Source: an uncultured Phycisphaerae bacterium (GTDB lineage Bacteria; Planctomycetota; Phycisphaerae; Sedimentisphaerales; Anaerohalosphaeraceae). Taken from it: a stretch of 30,728 bases of DNA. Positions 10,583 through 19,489 of the stretch are shown here, in pieces (position 1 is the stretch's first letter; every line of letters begins with the position of its first letter). Below the pieces are notes generated by a model. The model had not been told where the DNA came from. It searched no databases and saw nothing but the letters and a program-made list of their open reading frames with translations. The stretch is taken from positions 1-30,728 of the forward strand of contig CALKKA010000191.1 in assembly GCA_937995495.1 (NCBI GenBank), read 5' to 3'. The translations under genes and the position numbers were made by a program.

Positions 10583-10760
10583 GACTTCTCCTATGTTCTT
10601 GGTAAAAGCGTTAAGGGGAATATTCTGTTCGGTCCGCCAACAAAACGGACGAAAACATTCTATACCCGGTTTAATATATTTCAAGTAATCAATCGAATAC
10701 CTAAAAAAAGATTCTTCACAAAAAAAACACATGCGCAAATCTCGTCTAAATCGTTATAAA

Positions 10761-10776
10761 AGCAAACGATGTGCCA
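10761..10776 (-). promoter_or_regulatory. sigma54 (-24/-12) promoter for glnA
   Basis: Minus strand TGGCAC-ATCGT-TTGCT, exact GG-N10-GC consensus, about 180 nt upstream of the GS start; consistent with known sigma54 control of glnA. Confidence 0.85.
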
Positions 10777-11367
10777 CTGGAGGCTCCCAAGAAAATGAAC
10801 ACTATCTCTTTTTATTAAAAGAACTTACGAGACTTTCTTAGAACATTAAGATCTCACGGGGCCTACATAATCGTAATGTTTAATAAAAAAAAATACATTA
10901 ATGTCAGTTTTAACGAAAATCAAGTCTACCTCCATAAAAGTGGGTCGATTTTTATGATTTGCTTAGAATTTGACAATGTATGTATGCCCGTTGTGTTGTA
11001 GGGATTCTAAGAAAATGCCGCTAAGGCCTCAAAAACGAAATATTACGAAACGAACCCATTTCTTCATTGAGATTGACACGGCGGATGGCACGAAGGGAAG
11101 ATCGGATTGACAGGCTTCCTTTCCGAAAAAGAAATGGCTGGCACTATCACATAAGGCTATTTAAGATTTGAGGTTATAGCATTCTCACAAGGGGAATTCC
11201 CAACTTTAATTAGATCAGAACCTAAAAATCTTTATGTTGCTAAGGGATGAATTATGAATAGGGGGGCGGGAATAACATATTCAGTAGGATTTGCGTTTGA
11301 GATTTATTTATAGATATGTGAGAATGAGATTTCAGGATATGGTTTTCATTAAAAAGCGATCTTATAT

Positions 11368-12003
11368 ATGTTCTTAACGCTGGCTAATCAAGTTACATTA
11401 TTGCGAATTCTTTTGATCTTCCCCTTCGTAATCTGTCTGCTTAAGATGAGGGTGCCAGATTATGGTGACTGGATCCGTGGCGGGGCGGTTTTAATCTTTT
11501 TGATCATGGCGATCAGCGATGCACTGGATGGCTATTGGGCCCGAAAGAAAAAACAGGTTACGGCATTAGGTGCGTTTCTTGACCCGATGGCTGATAAATT
11601 GATGATTACCTGTGCGTGCATCGTTCTCTGTGTTCCTCAGACTGCAGTAGAAGGTTTTGTATTGCCGCTAACGGTTGTGGTGATGATTATCGGTAAGGAT
11701 ATATTATTATTGTTGGGTTTTATCATTACTTTCTTGATGACCGGGCAGGTGCATATCAAGCCCGTTTGCGCCGGAAAAGTTTCGACTTTTCTACAGATAA
11801 CAATGGTCTTTTCCATTCTAATCGGCCCTGAAATGTCTCGCTGGATAATTTGTTGGCATTTTATAGCGTCCGCAATCAGCTGGTCGACCGGTTTTTGCGC
11901 GATGATGGCAACGCTTGTTTACATTTACCGCGGAATTCGGTATATTGATGAATTCGGCAGCACTGAAAAAATAATCTGTGGACCACTGGACAATAAAAAA
12001 TGA
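11368..12003 (+). CDS. pgsA: CDP-alcohol phosphatidyltransferase (PgsA-like)
   Basis: [10 protein letters not shown] start; [10 protein letters not shown]...[10 protein letters not shown] signature; multiple TM helices; GKVST. Exact substrate not determinable. Confidence 0.8.
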   Translation: MFLTLANQVTLLRILLIFPFVICLLKMRVPDYGDWIRGGAVLIFLIMAISDALDGYWARKKKQVTALGAFLDPMADKLMITCACIVLCVPQTAVEGFVLPLTVVVMIIGKDILLLLGFIITFLMTGQVHIKPVCAGKVSTFLQITMVFSILIGPEMSRWIICWHFIASAISWSTGFCAMMATLVYIYRGIRYIDEFGSTEKIICGPLDNKK

Positions 12004-13238
12004 GCCAATTTAGTGAAATACCTGAAATCCTTGAAGACCTCAGGCAAGGTCGCATGATCGTCTTAGTTGATGACGAAGATCGCGAAAACGAAGGCGATCT
12101 TGTCTGTGCAGCGGAGTTGGTTACGCCGGAAATAATCAATTTCATGGCCACCCACGGTCGCGGAATGATTTGTATGCCAATCACCGAAGAGCGTTGTGAC
12201 GAGTTAAATCTGCATTCACAAAGCATGGACAATACGGCCCGGTTGGGTACGGCGTTTACTGTAAGTATTGACGCCAGGGAAGGGATTACGACTGGTATCA
12301 GCGCCGCTGATCGTTCTCATACTATCCGCGTGGCAGTTGATCCTGAGTCTAGATCGGTGGATCTGGCTCGCCCCGGCCACATCTTTCCCCTTCGCGCTCG
12401 TGACGGCGGCGTCCTGGTCCGAGCTGGGCAGACCGAAGGGGCTGTTGATCTGATGCGAGCGGCCGGACTGCAACCCGCCGGAGTCATTTGTGAGATTATG
12501 AACGAAGACGGAACGATGGCTCGTGTTCCTGAATTGCATGAGTATTGCAAAAAACACTCTCTCAAGATGTCCTCAATCGCTAAGCTTGTGGAATATCGTC
12601 TGCAGCGTGAAACACATATTCAACGCATTCAGCAAATCAAACTTCCAACGGATTACGGTGAGTTTAAGTTGATCGGATACCAAAGTCCCGGTTCCAGTGA
12701 ACCGCATTTAGCATTGTGCAAAGGCGGCATCGGTGACTTGGATGACAACGGTCATGTGATTGAGCACGATGAGCCGATTTTAGTCCGTGTGCATTCTGAG
12801 TGTATGACGGGTGATCTCTTCCACTCCCAGCGTTGTGAATGCGGTTACCAGTTGGTGACCGCGATGCAGATGATCGAAAAGGAGGGGATTGGCGCTCTGA
12901 TTTACCTCCGTCAGGAAGGGCGTGGCATCGGCTTGGCCAATAAGTTGCACGCTTACAAATTGCAGGAACAGGGGCTGGATACCTATGATGCAAATATTAA
13001 ATTGGGCTTTCAGGCGGATAAACGCGACTATGGTCTTGGGGCTCAGATTTGTCGCGATTTAGGGCTTAAGAATATACGAATTTTGACAAATAATCCCAAG
13101 AAAGTCTCTCGGCTCGAGGTATATGGTATTCATGTTATAGAGCAGATAGAACTTCAGGCAGAGCCCGGTGAGCACAATCGCAAATATCTGCAAACGAAAA
13201 AAGTCCGATTTGGACATTTGCTGGATGAGGACCTATAA
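12000..13238 (+). CDS. ribBA: Bifunctional DHBP synthase / GTP cyclohydrolase II
   Basis: [27 protein letters not shown]; [10 protein letters not shown]...RCECG Zn cysteines, [19 protein letters not shown] overlap with pgsA. Confidence 0.96.
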   Translation: MSQFSEIPEILEDLRQGRMIVLVDDEDRENEGDLVCAAELVTPEIINFMATHGRGMICMPITEERCDELNLHSQSMDNTARLGTAFTVSIDAREGITTGISAADRSHTIRVAVDPESRSVDLARPGHIFPLRARDGGVLVRAGQTEGAVDLMRAAGLQPAGVICEIMNEDGTMARVPELHEYCKKHSLKMSSIAKLVEYRLQRETHIQRIQQIKLPTDYGEFKLIGYQSPGSSEPHLALCKGGIGDLDDNGHVIEHDEPILVRVHSECMTGDLFHSQRCECGYQLVTAMQMIEKEGIGALIYLRQEGRGIGLANKLHAYKLQEQGLDTYDANIKLGFQADKRDYGLGAQICRDLGLKNIRILTNNPKKVSRLEVYGIHVIEQIELQAEPGEHNRKYLQTKKVRFGHLLDEDL

Positions 13239-13242
13239 GAAT

Positions 13243-13746
13243 ATGAGGTCATTTTTCTTTTCTGGATGGTTTTTTGCGGTATCTCTGTTGACTGTAGTTG
13301 CTGGCTGTCGTACCTCGAATATGCCTACCCCATCGGATGTTCTGCCGGAGGGGAGTTTAGCGGTTGATCGAATACGGATTTCGGCAATAACAGAGTTTGT
13401 TCCGGATCCTACTGCAGCAGACAGGGTGAACATTAAAACACTTGTCGAGTTGCTGAATGCTTCCGGATCGGCAACACAGGCACCCTGTGTCCTTCGCTTC
13501 GAATTTTATGAGTTTCACCCTCGAGCGTCCGATCCCCGTGGACGGCGTTTGTTAATCTGGCCGAATCAGAACTTAAGTGACCCTGACACGAACAAGGAAC
13601 ACTGGAAAGAATTTTTGCGTGGGTATGAATTTTTTCTCCCTCTCGAATTCAGGTTAGAAAGGGGCAGAAAATATGTCTTAGAAGCCACCTGCTTAATCAA
13701 TCAACGGCGTTATAGCGATTTTTTTAATATACAGTATCAACCTTAA
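13243..13746 (+). CDS. Hypothetical lipoprotein (167 aa)
   Basis: MRSFFFSGWFFAVSLLTVVAG-C signal peptide with lipobox; starts 4 nt after the ribBA stop; no family recognised. Confidence 0.7.
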   Translation: MRSFFFSGWFFAVSLLTVVAGCRTSNMPTPSDVLPEGSLAVDRIRISAITEFVPDPTAADRVNIKTLVELLNASGSATQAPCVLRFEFYEFHPRASDPRGRRLLIWPNQNLSDPDTNKEHWKEFLRGYEFFLPLEFRLERGRKYVLEATCLINQRRYSDFFNIQYQP

Positions 13747-13772
13747 AACACTAAATAACAGGACAAGAATAG

Positions 13773-14387
13773 GTGACAAACCTTAGTCGGCACAAAGATA
13801 ATATCAGCTTAGATGATGCGACCTTGGTTCGCCAGTGTCAAAACGGTGATCTTGAGGCGATGTCCTGCCTTATTGTCAAGTATCAGGACAGGATATATAA
13901 CACAATACTTAAAATTTGCCAAAATTATGACGATGCGGCGGAACTTACCCAAGATACATTTGTCAAAGTATTAGAGAACATTAATTCCTTTCGTAGCAAT
14001 AGCAGCTTTTATACATGGTTGTTTCGTGTGGCGGTGAACCATACGCTGAACTACTGCAAAAGGCGGTTCAAACTGTCACCTTTATCTTTGGATGCGGAAA
14101 TCGGCCAGGGTGAAGGGGCGAGAGGTAAAATTGCGGAGGTATTAGCCTCTCCGGATGGGCCGGATCCGGCCGTGGTTGCCCAGCAAAAGGAATTGACAAA
14201 GATTGTTATAAATTTAATAGGCCAGTTGCAGCAGGAGTACCGGGTGGTCCTAGTGTTAAGGGATATTGAGCAAATGACTTATGCCGAGATCGCTGAAGTA
14301 CTCCAAATTGAGACCGGAACAGTCAAAAGCCGGCTCAGCCGGGCTCGTGCAAAATTGCGTGAATTACTGGAAACGGTGCTAACATGA
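13773..14387 (+). CDS. ECF sigma-70 family sigma factor (#1)
   Basis: Region 2 (DDAAELTQDTFVK...SFYTWLFRVAVN) and region 4 (EYRVVLVLRDIEQMTYAEIAEVLQIETGTVKSRLSRAR). GTG start; exact start uncertain. Confidence 0.92.
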   Translation: MTNLSRHKDNISLDDATLVRQCQNGDLEAMSCLIVKYQDRIYNTILKICQNYDDAAELTQDTFVKVLENINSFRSNSSFYTWLFRVAVNHTLNYCKRRFKLSPLSLDAEIGQGEGARGKIAEVLASPDGPDPAVVAQQKELTKIVINLIGQLQQEYRVVLVLRDIEQMTYAEIAEVLQIETGTVKSRLSRARAKLRELLETVLT

Positions 14388-15388
14388 ACGAAAATCACAG
14401 AATCGAAATCGATGAACTTTTGAATGATTTGGTTGACGATCAGGCTACCCAACGCCAGGAAACGGAATTCAAACGTCTCGCCGAGCATGATCCGGCTATT
14501 GTCGATCGGCTCGAAGCGATGCGGCGGCAAAAAAGAATTCTCAATGCATTGCCGATTGAATCCGCCCCGGCTTCTTTGGCTGAAGAGGTCAGCTCGGTGT
14601 TAGAACGGAAGCTGATTCTTGGCGATTTTCCTGGTGACGAGCAGACAATTGCCGGGGCTAGTCATTTGTTCTTGCGTCGTATTATGACGACGGCAGCGAT
14701 GTTGCTGCTGCCGCTTGGCTTGCTGTCATTTGTTGTTTATGAAATCATGAGGCCAGCCTCAGTCGGCCCTGCGATCTATGTTTCAACGGATCAAACGCTG
14801 GCTCAGGAAGACCTAAACAACTCAGCGGCCTCGACATCCTCACTTGACAGGGAGTTGCCCTTTAATGGTATTTTGACCTTTAGCACAGATCGGCAGACCG
14901 CAGTCAGCAACTATGTCGAAAAAACAGTCTTTGACGAAAGCTTGATTAATTATACAGTGCCAAATCGGTCAGCGGATGCGACAATCTATCAAATTTCTGC
15001 CCCTCCTGATAAGATAAAGGGTTTAATTGAATCCCTTGAAAAGATATGGCCGCTTTGCCAGGCTGTAACGCTGAATGTAGTGGATAGATCCGGCAATAAA
15101 GCGATTGAAATTTCTCAAGTTCAGTCTGAACAGGTTGTCGCTCTTGCGCTTGAAAACGATCGTAAAATGATTGATCACCTCGCAGGTCAGTATGCGCTGG
15201 CAAATGAGAACGAGAAGACTCTGTATGCTCAGAATGAGTCCTCGGAGCTACGAGATATAGGTCTTGATGCTTCTCCGCGGTTGGCAATGCCGATCTTGAC
15301 CGGGCGAACTGAGACGGAACCTCAGCCATCGATTCAGGGCCAGCCCACAGTACGACTGCGTATTCAAATCAGGCAAAGCGACGAATGA
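14384..15388 (+). CDS. Putative membrane anti-sigma factor for ECF #1
   Basis: ATGA-coupled to the sigma gene; N-terminal ASD-like helices (ELLNDLVDD...) lacking Zn cysteines; one TM (IMTTAAMLLLPLGLLSFVVY); about 210 aa extracytoplasmic domain. Confidence 0.7.
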   Translation: MNENHRIEIDELLNDLVDDQATQRQETEFKRLAEHDPAIVDRLEAMRRQKRILNALPIESAPASLAEEVSSVLERKLILGDFPGDEQTIAGASHLFLRRIMTTAAMLLLPLGLLSFVVYEIMRPASVGPAIYVSTDQTLAQEDLNNSAASTSSLDRELPFNGILTFSTDRQTAVSNYVEKTVFDESLINYTVPNRSADATIYQISAPPDKIKGLIESLEKIWPLCQAVTLNVVDRSGNKAIEISQVQSEQVVALALENDRKMIDHLAGQYALANENEKTLYAQNESSELRDIGLDASPRLAMPILTGRTETEPQPSIQGQPTVRLRIQIRQSDE

Positions 15389-15425
15389 TTTATCGCCGGA
15401 AATAGAATAGCGTAAAGGAAGATGG

Positions 15426-15965
15426 ATGCTGACCGCCGAAAAAACTTGCCTGATCATCATTGATATTCAGGAAAAACTTTTGCCTGTCATGCAGGGTCCT
15501 GAAAAAGTTGTTAAAAACGTATCAGTCTTACTCCAAATCGCCAAATCGCTGAATCTTTCGATCCTCTGGTGCCAGCAGGTCCCCAAAGCCTTAGGCCCGA
15601 CAGTAGGGGAGCTATCCTTTTTGCTGGATGGCGTTGAACCGCTCAATAAATCCACCTTTAGTTGTTGCGGCGACGATCGGTTTATTGAAAAAATCGATGC
15701 CTTCAAACCTCGAACAGCAATCCTGTGTGGCATCGAAACCCATGTCTGTGTTTTTCAGACAGCAACAGATTTAATCACAAAAGGTCTTGATGTACACGTC
15801 ATTGCGGACGCAACCTCCTCACGCACTCAGGAAAACAAAAGCATCGGGATCAATCGTATGGCGAAGGCGGGCGTAGTTATAAACTCTACGGAGATGCTGC
15901 TTTTTGAATTTTTGCGGAGCGCCAGACATCAAAAGTTTCGCGAACTGGCAAAACTGATAAAGTAA
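15426..15965 (+). CDS. Isochorismatase-family (cysteine hydrolase, YcaC-like) protein
   Basis: IIIDIQEKL, K-STFSC and GIETHVCV catalytic Asp/Lys/Cys pattern. Confidence 0.88.
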   Translation: MLTAEKTCLIIIDIQEKLLPVMQGPEKVVKNVSVLLQIAKSLNLSILWCQQVPKALGPTVGELSFLLDGVEPLNKSTFSCCGDDRFIEKIDAFKPRTAILCGIETHVCVFQTATDLITKGLDVHVIADATSSRTQENKSIGINRMAKAGVVINSTEMLLFEFLRSARHQKFRELAKLIK

Positions 15966-16033
15966 AAGAGACTTGTAGACTCAGCCCAAGAATCAGCAGA
16001 ATTTCACTCTCATCTCATTGTAGATTTCCTTGC

Positions 16034-16062
16034 TTGACATTTCTGCTGCCATTTCTTAAAAT
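16034..16062 (+). promoter_or_regulatory. sigma70-type promoter for thrS-infC
   Basis: TTGACA (16034-39), N17, TAAAAT (16057-62), 80 nt upstream of thrS. Confidence 0.8.
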
Positions 16063-16142
16063 GAAAAATTGTTTTTAAAAAGTACGCTTTAGTAAATTTT
16101 TTAGCGATTATTGGGCTTAAAATAGAGGTATTGGACTGATAG

Positions 16143-18068
16143 ATGGCAAAAGCAAAACTTCCTGACGGAAGCATTTTAGAGGTCGCCGATGGGGCGACTG
16201 TGGCAGACTTAGCAGCTCAAATTGGGCCGGGTTTAGCGAGGGTGGCTCTTGCGGCAAAATTAAATGATAAGCTTGTTGACCTTTCAACGTCACTCAACGG
16301 TGAGGTCGATGTGGTCATTATCACTTCCAAAGACGATATGGGGCTTGAAATTACACGCCATAGTTGCGCGCATATTATGGCTGAGGCAATTTGCTCCATC
16401 TGGCCCCAAACCCAACTTGTTTATGGGCCAACGGTGGAGGGTGGATTCTACTACGACATTGATTTAGACACTCCGATCCGGCCAGAAGACTTCGAGAAAA
16501 TAGAACAGAAGATGAAAGAAATCGTCAAGGCGGACACCCCGTTTGAGCGGATTCAAATGAGCCGCGGCGATGCCAGATCAAAAATGGCCGGCGATAAGTA
16601 TAAGTTGGACAATATCGACAACGCTGCTGGTGATGTGCTGAGTTTCTATAAGCACGGCACAGATGGATTTGAAGATTTGTGCAGAGGACCGCATATCCCC
16701 CGTACTGGTAGCATTGATGCCAAGAGTTTCAAGATCATGTCTGTGGCAGGGGCGTATTGGCATGGCGATGCAACGCAGAAGATGTTGCAGCGTGTATACG
16801 GAACATGCTGGCGGAACAAGAAGGAACTGGCGGATTATCTTTTCCGATTAGAAGAGGCCAAAAAACGGGACCATCGTCTTATCGGCAAACAGATGGACCT
16901 TTTCAGTTTCCATGAGGAGGGGCCCGGATTCGCATTCCTGCATCCCAAGGGGATGAGAATTTGGAACGGGATAATTGATTTTTGGCGTGATGTGCATCAA
17001 CGCTATGAGTATGAAGAGATCAAAACGCCGATCATGCTGAATGAATCTCTGTGGCATAAATCTGGCCATTGGGATAACTATAAAGAAAATATGTATTTCA
17101 CCACAGTTGATGACATCACCTATGCGGTTAAGCCGATGAACTGCCCCGGCGGATTGCTGGTTTATAACAGCAATAAGCATTCATATCGCGAGTTGCCGAT
17201 GCGAACGGCTGAACTGGGCTTGGTACATCGTTATGAGGCCAGTGGTCAGATGCATGGACTGGTACGAGTCCGTCAGTTCACGCAGGATGACGCACACATT
17301 TTCTGCATACCTGAGCAGATTGAAAGCGAGATAGTTGGAGTGATTGATCTTGTTCAGGAAATGTACGCTGCATTCGGCTTTGAGGATTACCATGTTGAAC
17401 TCTCAACGCAACCGGAAAAGCATATTGGCTCGGATGAAATTTGGGAAACGGCGACCCATGCATTGAAGGGCGCCCTTGAGCATAAGCAAATGGATTATCA
17501 GATCAATGAAGGCGACGGAGCATTTTACGGTCCAAAGATCGACTTCCATATTAGCGACTGCCTCAACCGGTCGTGGCAGTTGGGAACTATTCAGCTTGAT
17601 TTTTCGATGCCCGAGCGGTTTGGACTGGCCTATACAGCCGCCGACAATACAGAAAAGACTCCTGTGATGATTCACCGTGCGATTCTTGGTTCGCTGGAGC
17701 GCTTTATGGGGATTTTAATTGAGCACTACGCGGGTAATTTCCCGATTTGGTTGGCACCTGAGCAGTTACGGGTATTGCCGATCAGCGAAAAAACAAATGA
17801 TTATGCCGCAGCTGTACTCAGCCAACTGAAAGAAGTGGGGTTGATTGCGACTTTGGATACATCAGACGATAAAGTTGGGGCCAAGATCGCCCGTGCTCAC
17901 GCAGATAAGGTTCCCTACATGCTGGTGGTGGGACCGAAAGAATCCGAAGAGGGCGTTGTTAATGTCCGAATGCGGCAGAGCAAGGAGACGAAAACCATTG
18001 CCTTGAGCGATTTGATATCAATTATACAGCAAAAAATTGCCGATAAATCATTGGACTTAATGATTTAG
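16143..18068 (+). CDS. thrS: Threonyl-tRNA synthetase
   Basis: TGS domain, HSCAH and DLCRGPH editing motifs, RDHR, KPMNCP, GLVRVRQFTQDDAH, GAFYGPKID, HRAILGSLERF, anticodon-binding domain. Confidence 0.98.
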   Translation: MAKAKLPDGSILEVADGATVADLAAQIGPGLARVALAAKLNDKLVDLSTSLNGEVDVVIITSKDDMGLEITRHSCAHIMAEAICSIWPQTQLVYGPTVEGGFYYDIDLDTPIRPEDFEKIEQKMKEIVKADTPFERIQMSRGDARSKMAGDKYKLDNIDNAAGDVLSFYKHGTDGFEDLCRGPHIPRTGSIDAKSFKIMSVAGAYWHGDATQKMLQRVYGTCWRNKKELADYLFRLEEAKKRDHRLIGKQMDLFSFHEEGPGFAFLHPKGMRIWNGIIDFWRDVHQRYEYEEIKTPIMLNESLWHKSGHWDNYKENMYFTTVDDITYAVKPMNCPGGLLVYNSNKHSYRELPMRTAELGLVHRYEASGQMHGLVRVRQFTQDDAHIFCIPEQIESEIVGVIDLVQEMYAAFGFEDYHVELSTQPEKHIGSDEIWETATHALKGALEHKQMDYQINEGDGAFYGPKIDFHISDCLNRSWQLGTIQLDFSMPERFGLAYTAADNTEKTPVMIHRAILGSLERFMGILIEHYAGNFPIWLAPEQLRVLPISEKTNDYAAAVLSQLKEVGLIATLDTSDDKVGAKIARAHADKVPYMLVVGPKESEEGVVNVRMRQSKETKTIALSDLISIIQQKIADKSLDLMI

Positions 18069-18128
18069 GGTAAATAATTAAATTAAGGTAATATTGGATA
18101 TAGAAAGTTATTTTGAAAGGTGAAGATC

Positions 18129-18641
18129 ATTAGCAAGGCAAATTTACGCATCAACGAGCGGATTCGAACAAGCCCAGTCCGGTTGATCGATGAAAATAAC
18201 AACCAGGTGGGACTGGTCGATGTTAAGGAGGCCCAGTTTAAAGCTCACAATCTGGGTTTGGATCTCGTGGAGGTTTCTCCAAATTCTGAGCCGCCAGTCT
18301 GTCGGATTATGGATTACGGAAAACACCTGTATGAGCAGAAGCGGAAAGTGAAGTTAAGCCAGAAAAAACAGCATACGGTTGTCCTGAAAGAAATCCGTCT
18401 GCGTCCTAAAATTGACGATCATGATCGGGACATCAAGATTGACAGGGCGGCCAAATTTCTGGATAAGGGGCACAAAGTGCAGTTTACCATGCTCTTTCGC
18501 GGGCGTGAGATGATGCATGTCGATCGTGGCCGTGAGATTATGGACGAGGTTACCGAAATACTGGCTGAGAAAGGCAAAGTCGAACGAAGACCCCAAATGC
18601 TGGGTCGGCGCATGACGATGGTGGTTTCGCCCGAAAAATAG
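18129..18641 (+). CDS. infC: Translation initiation factor IF-3 (probable ATT start)
   Basis: INERIR..VRLID, LDLVEVSPNSEPPVCRIMDYGK, KEIRLRPKIDDHD. SD-like AAGGTGA sits about 5 nt before the in-frame ATT at 18129; GTG at 18120 is the alternative. Confidence 0.95.
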   Translation: MSKANLRINERIRTSPVRLIDENNNQVGLVDVKEAQFKAHNLGLDLVEVSPNSEPPVCRIMDYGKHLYEQKRKVKLSQKKQHTVVLKEIRLRPKIDDHDRDIKIDRAAKFLDKGHKVQFTMLFRGREMMHVDRGREIMDEVTEILAEKGKVERRPQMLGRRMTMVVSPEK

Positions 18642-18691
18642 TAGTCAGTGCTTGTTTTGGCGCCTCAAAACCAAAAAATACGGATAAAGAG

Positions 18692-18720
18692 TTGACAAAA
18701 CATGACCGGTGGGGTATTGT
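18692..18720 (+). promoter_or_regulatory. sigma70-type promoter for rpmI-rplT(-pheS)
   Basis: TTGACA (18692-97), N17, TATTGT (18715-20). Confidence 0.65.
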
Positions 18721-18786
18721 GACGAATCTTTGATTTGACAAAAATCGCGATTGTTACGCATAAACACTTTTCATGAAAGAACTTAT

Positions 18787-18981
18787 ATGCCTAAGCAAAA
18801 AACACATAAGGGGTTGGCTAAGCGTGTCAAAGTAACCGGCACGGGTAAAATTAAACGCCCTAAATGCAACGGAAGCCACTTGATGAGCGGTACAAGCTCT
18901 AAAATATGTCGTGGATTGACAAAGAGCGTGCTGATCGAGGGGGCTCGTGCCAAGAAGATCAGGACTTTGCTAAACAAGTAA
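18787..18981 (+). CDS. rpmI: 50S ribosomal protein L35
   Basis: MPKQKTHKGLAKRVKVTGTGKIKR; 64 aa; position between infC and rplT. Confidence 0.93.
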   Translation: MPKQKTHKGLAKRVKVTGTGKIKRPKCNGSHLMSGTSSKICRGLTKSVLIEGARAKKIRTLLNK

Positions 18982-19004
18982 ATTGAAACCCATTTTTTGG
19001 GTCT

Positions 19005-19046
19005 AAACTGCTTCCCGGCCCCATCAGCTTGCCGTAGCAGTTTTTT
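19005..19046 (+). other. Hairpin with U-tail between rpmI and rplT (terminator/attenuator-like)
   Basis: AAACTGCT (19005-12) / AGCAGTTT (19036-43) plus inner CGGC/GCCG stem; T6 run at 19041-46. Confidence 0.5.
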
Positions 19047-19079
19047 GAGAAATCATAATCATACGAAAGGAAAGCTGGT

Positions 19080-19436
19080 ATGCCAAGAGTACGCAGAGGG
19101 GCAGCAGCCCGTCAAGCCAAGAAGAGGGTTCTCAAATCAGTTAAGGGGTATCGCGGGGCGGTTCGTACGCAAATCCGTCTTGCAAAAGAAGCCCGTACCC
19201 GTGCGGATGTTAATGCCCGTGTCGGTCGCAAATTGAAAAAACGCGACTATCGTGGTCTGTGGATTACGCGTCTGAGTGCGGCCTGCAGGATGCGCGATAT
19301 GCGTTATAGCGAATTCATCAACGGTCTGAAAAAAGCCGGGATCGAACTCAATCGCAAGATGCTTAGCGAAATAGCGATTGCCGATGAAGCTGCTTTCGAT
19401 ACTATCGTTGCCCAGGCCAAGGCCGCTCTGGCATAG
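19080..19436 (+). CDS. rplT: 50S ribosomal protein L20
   Basis: MPRVRRG..AR, KGYRG, RKLKKRDYRGLWITRLSAACR, YSEFINGLKKAGIELNRKMLSEIA. Confidence 0.97.
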   Translation: MPRVRRGAAARQAKKRVLKSVKGYRGAVRTQIRLAKEARTRADVNARVGRKLKKRDYRGLWITRLSAACRMRDMRYSEFINGLKKAGIELNRKMLSEIAIADEAAFDTIVAQAKAALA

Positions 19437-19489
19437 AGTGGGTATCGAATACATTTTTCTGCTTTGAACCCCGTTAAGGATTGGCGCGA

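Noticed and set aside
10583-10738. 52-aa N-terminal extension of GS in the ORF track (similar extensions for nadE, gltD, rpmI, lipoprotein, anti-sigma #2)
   Set aside because: Downstream ATGs have a proper SD or coupling and match family N-termini; the extensions are composition-atypical.
10976-11110. 44-aa ORF MYVCPLCCRDSKK...
   Set aside because: No SD or homology recognised; a short CxxC can be chance. Would need Ribo-seq.
11086-11155. Two plus-strand TGGCAC hexamers as sigma54 promoters for pgsA
   Set aside because: Neither has TTGC at the -12 position.
11160-11367. FMN riboswitch upstream of pgsA-ribBA
   Set aside because: GGGAATTCCC only superficially resembles it; the conserved FMN core segments are absent.
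16063-16142. T-box or tRNA-mimic operator before thrS
   Set aside because: The leader is only about 75 nt and AT-rich, with no T-box sequence or convincing anticodon-like stems.
19437-19489. pheM-type attenuator before pheS
   Set aside because: 53 nt only; no Phe-rich leader peptide or terminator.
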